13,790 nt of DNA from Candidatus Eiseniibacteriota bacterium (lineage in GTDB: Bacteria > Eisenbacteria > RBG-16-71-46 > JABDJR01 > JAWXBZ01), in NCBI GenBank assembly GCA_034440375.1, contig JAWXBZ010000232.1, forward strand, positions 1 to 13,790, read 5' to 3'. Position 1 is the stretch's first letter. Each line of letters begins with the position of its first letter. The notes beneath the pieces were generated by a model that was not told the DNA's origin, searched no databases, and saw nothing but the letters and a program-made list of their open reading frames with translations. The position numbers were made by a program, and so were the translations under genes. This document shows positions 1 through 6,219 of the stretch, in pieces.

Positions 1-155
1 GCGCCGGCCCCGCCGGCTTCACTGCCGGTGAAATCTGGCTCACGGAACTCCAGGGAGCCCGACAGATCCGCCTGGTGCGCGCCATGTTGTTGCCACCGGC
101 GCCGCCGCCAGGTTCCGGCATGGTTCCCGAACCTCCGGGCCACGACCCGCGTTGA
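1..155 (+). CDS. 3' end of an unidentified CDS entering from the left edge (partial)
   Basis: Frame from position 3 is open to TGA at 153-155 and reads AGPAGFTAGEIWLTELQGARQIRLVRAMLLPPAPPPGSGMVPEPPGHDPR*. Looks protein-like with a Pro-rich tail; too short to assign. Confidence 0.5.
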   Translation, partial: AGPAGFTAGEIWLTELQGARQIRLVRAMLLPPAPPPGSGMVPEPPGHDPR

Positions 156-180
156 CTTGGGCTCCGGAACTTCCTAGAGT
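152..180 (+). promoter_or_regulatory. Putative sigma70-type promoter for the Ig-protein/PorV-like operon
   Basis: TTGACT (152-157), 17-nt spacer, TAGAGT (175-180), about 86 nt upstream of the ATG at 267. Confidence 0.5.
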
Positions 181-266
181 CGCCGGGTTTCGAGCGAACC
201 GCTCCACGACTCTTTGATGAGAACGCCCCGGTATGGTTCCGATGCTCTCATCCGGACAAGGACCTG

Positions 267-1982
267 ATGACCCGACCGAACTGCCGGTGGTTTGATTTGG
301 TTCGCCCCCTCCTGGCCGCCGTACTCGTGCTGGTCGCCCTCGCCTTGCCGGCTGTCGGAGGAACCGGTCCCAACACCCCGCTCTCGCCGGAAACTTTGCG
401 CCAACTCCCGGCGGCTGATGATGGCCGTCGGATTCTCCTTCAGAACTCGATGCTCTCCGAATCGTTCATCTCGCCCCGTGAGTGTCCCACTTGCAGCGGC
501 GACGGGATCCTGGACCACACCGACATCTCCTATCATGTCGCGGCCTTTGACACGATCCGGGTTGAGGTATTCGTCCAGAGATCTGCGGATAGTCTGCGCA
601 TCGGCGATATCGAGCGCATCAAAAGGAAGCCGCCCGGCTCGAACCAGTTCATTCCGCACTTTGACGGCATCCTGGAAGGGACCACTCCGTTCGTCATGCC
701 CGACGGCACGTATGACGTCATCATCCGCGCCTATGACGACACCAACCGCGTCGAGGCGGACACCCTCTCCCTGGTCATCGACCGTCTTCCTCCGGTCCTG
801 ACCTCGGCGACCGTGCGCGGAGGCATCACGACGTATCGGAACAACGAAACGATCGTCATTGACCTCGTCGCCGATGGTCCGAACTACGATTTCCTCACTA
901 ATTTCGGCACGATCGACAGCAACCCTGCCGGCGGCACGGACATCATCGATCGGGGCGACGGTACCTACGAAATCCGGCACACGATCTCGGCGGAGAACAC
1001 CCTCGCCGATGCCGCAAACCTGGTCGTTCCGATCGTTGTGGATGACCGGGCCGGAAACCGGACTCGTTACAACGCGCTCCGGTTTTGCCTGTCGAATCAC
1101 CCGCCGCGACTCGTTTCCATCGTGACGCCGGACAACCCCGACGGCAGTTACCGCAACGGGGATCTGATCGTTGTCGAGTCGACGTGGGAGAGCCCCGACA
1201 CGCTCCTGTCCGTCACGATAGATTTCTCCCCGCTGGACAGCGGCTACGATACGACGATGCTGACGAGCGCTCGACTGGCGGGCAATGTCTACCGGTGGAC
1301 CTATCTGATGAGCGAGACCAACACGTTTCCCGACGGCGATTACCTGATTCCGATCGTCGCGCGGGATCGGGGATGCGGCATGTCGGGCCTGACGACGGTC
1401 CGCCTCCGAATCGACACCGAGGCCGGAATCAAACCGGTCCTCGACGCCCCGCCCGGAGCGGTCCGTACACCGAGCCTGGCCATCTCCGGAATGGCTCCGG
1501 GGTCGGCCGAGGTGGACATCCGGCGCAATCAGACGACCGTGATCACGGTTCCGGTGATGGCGGACGGCCGGTTCGAGGCAACCATCACGCTGCTACCAGG
1601 CACGAACAGCCTCGTCGCCGTCGGTCGCGACAACGCCGGCAATCAATCAGAGGCCTCGGCAGCCGCCAGCGTCATTTACCTGACGGCCATGTTCGTGGAG
1701 ATTTCAAAGCCCTTCCGGCCCGGCGGGAGGATCCAGGTGGGCACGGAACGCTCTGCCAGCAACCTCCGAATCGAACTCTGGACACTCGGAGGCGACCTGG
1801 CCCGCGTCCTGGCTGACGGATCCCCCCGGGACGTCTATGCCCTGACCTGGGACGGCACCGATGGGGCCGGCAACAGGCTCAATTCCGGCCCACTGATCGC
1901 CGTGATCACTTTGGAATTCCCCGACGGCCGGATTCACACCGAAAAACTGGCGATGATCCTGGCGCCGGCGGCTGGTCGATGA
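267..1982 (+). CDS. Secreted multi-Ig-domain protein with C-terminal FlgD-like Ig (T9SS sorting-type) domain, 571 aa
   Basis: Signal peptide (RPLLAAVLVLVALALPAVGG). N-terminal ISP...GDGILD and PDGTYDVIIRAYD motifs. Two internal Ig-like repeats, then a Big-like domain (LAISGMAPG...LLPGTNSLVAVGRDNAGNQS). C-terminal IELWTLGGDLARVL...LTWDGTDGAGNRLNSG is typical of FlgD-Ig domains. AAGGA at 257-261 precedes the ATG. Confidence 0.8.
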   Translation: MTRPNCRWFDLVRPLLAAVLVLVALALPAVGGTGPNTPLSPETLRQLPAADDGRRILLQNSMLSESFISPRECPTCSGDGILDHTDISYHVAAFDTIRVEVFVQRSADSLRIGDIERIKRKPPGSNQFIPHFDGILEGTTPFVMPDGTYDVIIRAYDDTNRVEADTLSLVIDRLPPVLTSATVRGGITTYRNNETIVIDLVADGPNYDFLTNFGTIDSNPAGGTDIIDRGDGTYEIRHTISAENTLADAANLVVPIVVDDRAGNRTRYNALRFCLSNHPPRLVSIVTPDNPDGSYRNGDLIVVESTWESPDTLLSVTIDFSPLDSGYDTTMLTSARLAGNVYRWTYLMSETNTFPDGDYLIPIVARDRGCGMSGLTTVRLRIDTEAGIKPVLDAPPGAVRTPSLAISGMAPGSAEVDIRRNQTTVITVPVMADGRFEATITLLPGTNSLVAVGRDNAGNQSEASAAASVIYLTAMFVEISKPFRPGGRIQVGTERSASNLRIELWTLGGDLARVLADGSPRDVYALTWDGTDGAGNRLNSGPLIAVITLEFPDGRIHTEKLAMILAPAAGR

Positions 1983-2959
1983 CGCGCGTCGACAAGTTCC
2001 ACCGTCGCCTGATCCCCGCCGTCCTGATCAGTCTGTGCCTTACGTTCCCGATCGATGAGGCCGGGGCCGCGCACACCACCACGTCCTTCGCGGATGTCGA
2101 GCCAGGTCCCCGGATCCTGGCCATGGGCGGGGCCGGAACCGCCCTGGCACTTGATCCGACGGCCGCCTGGTGGAATCCGGCCGGGCTCTACTTCATACGC
2201 GGGACGCGCGCCATCATCACGTATGACGATCTGTACGACGCGGGGCTGGCACAGCGGAGTTATCTGTCGGTGGCCTGGAAGAAGGTTCACTACGAACCGA
2301 AATTCGAAGAGAACCGGATGACCCTGGAAAAAGACCTGGGACGCGGCTCCGCATGGGGCCTGTCGGTCTCCTCGATTTTTCTTGACCTGGGTGAGGACAG
2401 CTACTCCGAGCTGATGCCAACCGTCTCCTTCGCGGCGGGGTTGGGGGGAGGGGTCGGAATCGGCTCCTCGGTCAGTTTTCTCAAGGCTTCCAGCGGTGTC
2501 GAGGGAGTGGGATCGAGTGGCTACACGGCGTCGTTCGGGGCCGGTGTCAACCTGCCGGCCGGGGCGCACCTGGGCCTCGTGGCTCGAAACCTGCTGTCCA
2601 GTGTCAGCCCCGAAGGGGGTTCCCGAGAGAAGCTGCCGGTGACGTCCGGCGTGGGACTCTCCATCCCGATCGGCACCAACGCGCTGGTGGCTGCCGACGC
2701 CACATTTTCGGATGGCGATGACGGCCCCTCGCGCCTGTCGGCTGGTGGGGAATACTGGTTTCTGCAGCATCACCTGGCCGGGCGGGCCGGCCTCCGGCAT
2801 TTTGGTGGCAGCGTTGAATCACGAACGGTACCCACGTTCGGCATCGGCATCGAGTGGAAGCGATTGAACTTCGACTATGCGCTGACCGCCGATGGATCCG
2901 AAGGGCCGGGTGCGACTCATCGCTTCGGCCTCAACATCCTGCTCGGTCGTCCCCAGTAG
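1979..2959 (+). CDS. PorV/UPF0164-family (FadL-like) outer-membrane beta-barrel protein, 326 aa
   Basis: Signal peptide ending EAGA. Motif GPRILAMGGAGTALALDPTAAWWNPAGL is characteristic of PorV/FadL-like barrels. Alternating amphipathic strands and C-terminal FDYA...THRFGLNILL. ATGA overlap with the upstream gene. Confidence 0.8.
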   Translation: MTRVDKFHRRLIPAVLISLCLTFPIDEAGAAHTTTSFADVEPGPRILAMGGAGTALALDPTAAWWNPAGLYFIRGTRAIITYDDLYDAGLAQRSYLSVAWKKVHYEPKFEENRMTLEKDLGRGSAWGLSVSSIFLDLGEDSYSELMPTVSFAAGLGGGVGIGSSVSFLKASSGVEGVGSSGYTASFGAGVNLPAGAHLGLVARNLLSSVSPEGGSREKLPVTSGVGLSIPIGTNALVAADATFSDGDDGPSRLSAGGEYWFLQHHLAGRAGLRHFGGSVESRTVPTFGIGIEWKRLNFDYALTADGSEGPGATHRFGLNILLGRPQ

Positions 2960-2978
2960 TCCCGCGCAGGCCGGAATC

Positions 2979-3683
2979 TCACGATCCCCAGCCGACCCAG
3001 ACCTCGTCCGACTCGTAACGCTCCCGCTTCCAGATCGGCACATCCGTCTTCAATCCCTCGATGACGGCCCGGCAGGCGTCGAACGCTTCCGCGCGATGAG
3101 CGGACGAGACGGCGATGGCGACCGAATCGCCTGAAACCGGAACAATGCCAAGGCGATGGACGATGGCAATGCGTCGGGCGGCATGTCGATCACGGGCCGC
3201 CGCGGCCAGGCGCTCCAGCCACGACCGCGCCATCGCGGCATAGGCCTCGTACTCGAGTTGGACGACCGGTCGGCCGCGGGAGAAATCCCGAACGGTGCCG
3301 ATGAAGGTCACGACGGCGCCCGCTTCGGGGCAACGGACAAAATCAATCAGGTCGTCCAGGACGATCGGCTTTTCTGTCAGAACGACCTGGATGTCATCGG
3401 CCATGGAGGCCGCCGAACCCGGTGGAACCAGTGGCGCCGCCCCGCCGCTGACCGGCGGGATGAGCGCAAGTTCGGCGCCGGGTGGGATGGCGGCATCTTC
3501 GTCCAGAAATTCGTGATTCGCCGCAACCCGGACCGAACCGAGTCGCCCGGCGAGCCTGGGCCAACGTTCTTCGAAAATTTGCTTGAGCCGGGCGACGTCG
3601 GCCCCGTCGGGGAGTTCGATTTCCACCTCGTGGGAGCCGACCTCGTCGCGCAGGCCGGCGAAGCAGCGAACAGGGACGATCAT
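2979..3683 (-). CDS. moaX: Fused molybdopterin synthase MoaD-MoaE (MoaX-type), 234 aa
   Basis: N-terminal ubiquitin-like MoaD (VRCFAGLRDEVG...VAANHEF...ELALIPPVSGG, GG at aa 80-81), short linker, then MoaE (GAVVTFIGTVRD, LEYEAYAAMA, IVHRLG, VSSAHRAEAF, VPIWKRE). Confidence 0.92.
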   Translation of the reverse strand: MIVPVRCFAGLRDEVGSHEVEIELPDGADVARLKQIFEERWPRLAGRLGSVRVAANHEFLDEDAAIPPGAELALIPPVSGGAAPLVPPGSAASMADDIQVVLTEKPIVLDDLIDFVRCPEAGAVVTFIGTVRDFSRGRPVVQLEYEAYAAMARSWLERLAAAARDRHAARRIAIVHRLGIVPVSGDSVAIAVSSAHRAEAFDACRAVIEGLKTDVPIWKRERYESDEVWVGWGS

Positions 3684-4579
3684 GTCGCCAGTATACCCGC
3701 CCGCGGTCGGCGCAAACGCTGGATGGATCGGACAATCTCCCGAAAGGCCAGGGCCGCGGGGCTCGGCTCCTCGGACGCCCGCCGGACAAGGCCAAGTCGC
3801 CGGGTTATCGACAGGCCGGGAACACGCGTCAACGGCCCCCCCCGATCCACGACGCGCAGCGGAAGCACTGCGGCGCCCAGTCCCGCCTCGACAAGCCCGC
3901 GGATGGCCTCGGGGTGAGAAAGCTCCATGGCCACGCGGGGAGCCAGGTGGCGTCGCTCGAGGGCCGCATCAATGAGACCGCGCGTTACGGATCCCCTCGG
4001 GTAGGCAATCAGCGGCATGGCGCAGAACAATCGAGCCGGACTGGAACGCACCCGGACCGGGACATCCGGGGGGCCGATCAGAATCAGGCGTTCTTCCTCC
4101 AGCATCTCGACGATCAGGCCGGAATGGTCGACCGGGAGCGTGACGATGGCGAAGTCGAGTTCGCCGGCGACCAGCGCCTCGACGAGGGGACCCGATGATT
4201 CGACCCGGACGACCAGTTCGATGTTCGGCCACTGACCATGAAACTTCTTGAGCGGGGCGGGCAGGAGATCGATGCCGGCGGCATCGATGGCTCCGAGCAC
4301 CAATCGCCCCCGCTTGAGGCCCAGCAGATCGCCCACCTCCGCCAGGCCGCGATCAAACTGACGGAGGGCCTCCTCCGCGCGGGCCTGGAACAGGCGACCG
4401 GCCGGCGTCAGCTGGACTCGACGTCCGGCCCGATCGATGAGCCGGGCCCCGACCCCCTCCTCAAGGGAACGCATCCTGAGACTGACGGCGGGTTGCGTAA
4501 TGAAGTGCCGGCGTGCCGCGGCCGTGAAGCTCTGCAATTCGGCCACGGACAGGAAGCAGCGAAGCGTTTCGAAATCCAT
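3680..4579 (-). CDS. LysR-family transcriptional regulator, 299 aa
   Basis: LysR HTH (LRCFLSVAELQSFTAAARRHFITQPAVSLRMRSLEEGVGARLIDR...LTPAG) and substrate-binding domain (GELDFAIV, LVEAGLGAAVLP). Stop overlaps the moaD-moaE start (ATGA). Confidence 0.95.
   Translation of the reverse strand: MDFETLRCFLSVAELQSFTAAARRHFITQPAVSLRMRSLEEGVGARLIDRAGRRVQLTPAGRLFQARAEEALRQFDRGLAEVGDLLGLKRGRLVLGAIDAAGIDLLPAPLKKFHGQWPNIELVVRVESSGPLVEALVAGELDFAIVTLPVDHSGLIVEMLEEERLILIGPPDVPVRVRSSPARLFCAMPLIAYPRGSVTRGLIDAALERRHLAPRVAMELSHPEAIRGLVEAGLGAAVLPLRVVDRGGPLTRVPGLSITRRLGLVRRASEEPSPAALAFREIVRSIQRLRRPRAGILAT
3690..3695 (-). promoter_or_regulatory. Putative -10 box (TATACT) 6 nt before the moaD-moaE ATG, inside the lysR 3' end
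   Basis: Minus strand reads GGG-TATACT-GGCGAC-ATG with no SD motif and no convincing -35. Confidence 0.4.
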
Positions 4580-4585
4580 GAATCA

Positions 4586-4615
4586 ATTATAAGAAATGCT
4601 TATTACAATAATCAA
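4586..4615 (-). promoter_or_regulatory. Putative lysR promoter, probably leaderless
   Basis: Minus strand TTGATT (4615-4610), 18-nt spacer, TATAAT (4591-4586), 6 nt, then ATG at 4579. Confidence 0.6.
4589..4603. promoter_or_regulatory. LysR recognition box (T-N11-A dyad)
   Basis: ATAAG-AAATG-CTTAT interrupted palindrome with T4590-N11-A4602, in an AT-rich island between divergent lysR and ino1, overlapping the lysR -10. Confidence 0.7.
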
Positions 4616-4625
4616 TTAGATAAAC

Positions 4626-4654
4626 TTGACTCACCAGCGGACCGGGGGCACTCT
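4626..4654 (+). promoter_or_regulatory. Putative ino1 promoter
   Basis: TTGACT (4626-4631), 17-nt spacer, weak -10 CACTCT (4649-4654), just downstream of the LysR box as expected for an activator-dependent promoter. Confidence 0.4.
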
Positions 4655-4711
4655 TTGCTCGGCCCGATCCGGTTGCATGGAGCGCTGGAAGGCCCGGAGG
4701 TGCTACGGACC

Positions 4712-6025
4712 ATGTCGAAGTTGACCACCATCAAGCCCGCCACCGGCAAACTGGGGATCCTGCTCCCCGGAATGGGTGCCGTTGCCACCACGACCATCGC
4801 CGGCGTCGAGGCCATCCGACAGGGATTGACTCCGCCGATCGGCAGCATGACCCAGATGGGCACCATTCGCCTGGGCAAGAGGACCGACGATCGCAACCCC
4901 CGTATCCAGGACTTCGTGCCGCTGGCTTCCCTTTCGGACATCGTCTTCGGCGGCTGGGACATCTTTGACGACAACGCGTACGAAGCGGCGAAGAAGGCCG
5001 GCGTGCTTGGTTACGAGCACCTGCAGCAATTGAAGCCGATGCTCGAGAAGATCAAGCCGATGTCGGCGGTCTTCGACAAGCATTATGTGAAGAGGCTGGA
5101 CGGGCCGAACGTGAAGGCGGGTGCGAACTGGTACGAGAAAGCCCAGGCCCTCATCAATGACATTGCCACCTTCAAGAAAACGAACGGTTGCGATCGCCTC
5201 GTCGCGGTCTGGTGCGGTTCCACCGAGATCTTTCTGACGGAAAAGCCGGTTCATCAGAGCCTGGCGGCGTTTGAGGAAGGGCTCAAGGCGAACGATCCGG
5301 ACATCGCGCCAAGCATGGTGTATGCCTATGCCTGCCTCATGAGCGATGTTCCATTCGCCAACGGTGCGCCGAACCTCACGGTGGACATTCCGGCCATCCA
5401 GGAACTGGCGCGCGAAAAGCACCTGCCTCTGGCCGGCAAGGATTTCAAGACCGGCCAGACGCTGCTCAAGACGGTCCTGGCCCCGATGTTCAAGGCCAGA
5501 TACCTTGGCGTCGCCGGCTGGTACTCCACAAACATCCTCGGCAATCGGGACGGCGAGGTGTTGGACGATCCGGAGTCATTCAAGACGAAGGAGGAGTCGA
5601 AGCTCGGTGTCCTGGAGCACATCCTTCAGCCGAAGCTGTACCCCGATCTGTATGGCAACATTTATCACAAGGTTCGGATCAACTATTACCCTCCACGCGG
5701 CGACAACAAGGAGGGTTGGGACAATATCGACATCTTCGGATGGCTCGGCTATCCGATGCAGATCAAGGTCGATTTCCTGTGCCGCGACTCGATCCTGGCC
5801 GCGCCGATCGTCCTGGACCTGGCGCTGTTCATGGACCTGGCCCATCGATGCGGCATGCGCGGCACGCAGGAGTGGCTCTCCTTCTACTTCAAGAGCCCGA
5901 TGACGGCCCCGGGCCTCTACCCCGAGCACGACCTCTTCATTCAGATGATGAAGTTGAAGAATACCCTTCGTCACCTGAAAGGCGAGGAGCTGATCACGCA
6001 TCTCGGACAGGAGTACTATGACTGA
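4712..6025 (+). CDS. ino1: Myo-inositol-3(1)-phosphate synthase, 437 aa
   Basis: MIPS motifs GMGAVATT, FGGWDI, VWCGSTE, FANGAPN, GKDFKTGQT, WYSTNILGNRDG, YYPPRGDNKEGWD, CRDSILAAPIVLDL. Start reassigned to ATG 4712 (MSKLTTIKPATGKLG) with GGAGG at 4696-4700; the ORF-track start at 4238 lies inside lysR. Confidence 0.95.
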   Translation: MSKLTTIKPATGKLGILLPGMGAVATTTIAGVEAIRQGLTPPIGSMTQMGTIRLGKRTDDRNPRIQDFVPLASLSDIVFGGWDIFDDNAYEAAKKAGVLGYEHLQQLKPMLEKIKPMSAVFDKHYVKRLDGPNVKAGANWYEKAQALINDIATFKKTNGCDRLVAVWCGSTEIFLTEKPVHQSLAAFEEGLKANDPDIAPSMVYAYACLMSDVPFANGAPNLTVDIPAIQELAREKHLPLAGKDFKTGQTLLKTVLAPMFKARYLGVAGWYSTNILGNRDGEVLDDPESFKTKEESKLGVLEHILQPKLYPDLYGNIYHKVRINYYPPRGDNKEGWDNIDIFGWLGYPMQIKVDFLCRDSILAAPIVLDLALFMDLAHRCGMRGTQEWLSFYFKSPMTAPGLYPEHDLFIQMMKLKNTLRHLKGEELITHLGQEYYD

Positions 6026-6027
6026 TC

Positions 6028-6052
6028 GTTCGACGGACAAAGTCCGTCGAAC
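6028..6052 (+). other. Perfect stem-loop immediately after the ino1 stop
   Basis: GTTCGACGGAC-AAA-GTCCGTCGAAC, an 11-bp perfect inverted repeat. Confidence 0.7.
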
Positions 6053-6072
6053 CGCTTTGGCACGTTGACATC

Positions 6073-6112
6073 GTCGGGGCGGGAGTCCACCGGGCTCCCG
6101 CCCCGACTTTTT
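6073..6112 (+). terminator. Rho-independent terminator of ino1
   Basis: GTCGGGGCGGGAG (6073-6085) pairs perfectly with CTCCCGCCCCGAC (6095-6107), followed by TTTTT (6108-6112). Confidence 0.85.
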
Positions 6113-6140
6113 GACGCCGATCGCATGCGGCTGCTATTCT
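6111..6140 (+). promoter_or_regulatory. Putative efp promoter
   Basis: TTGACG (6111-6116), 18-nt spacer, extended -10 TG-C-TATTCT (6132-6140). Confidence 0.55.
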
Positions 6141-6219
6141 GCAGGCGATTCAGGAGTGGCCCGCCAAGCCGGTCCCGCACGTCGTTCATCTTTGATCGAA
6201 TCATAACGAGGCCTCACCC

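Noticed and set aside
84..155. Pro-rich tail (LLPPAPPPG) and PP motifs near efp as a functional link
   Set aside because: Pro runs are common in GC-rich proteomes and EF-P acts in trans, so proximity is uninformative.
174..1100. 308-aa minus-strand ORF
   Set aside because: Antisense shadow of the Ig-domain gene with no recognisable motifs; long shadow ORFs are expected at high GC.
1934..2800. 288-aa minus-strand ORF
   Set aside because: Antisense to the PorV-like gene; low-complexity R/G/P-rich translation.
3156..3917. 253-aa plus-strand ORF and other short overlapping ORFs across the window
   Set aside because: They overlap well-supported genes in other frames and show no domain signal.
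4238..4711. 158-aa N-terminal extension of Ino1 in the ORF track
   Set aside because: It overlaps lysR antisense and the AT-rich promoter island. MIPS similarity and an SD begin at ATG 4712.
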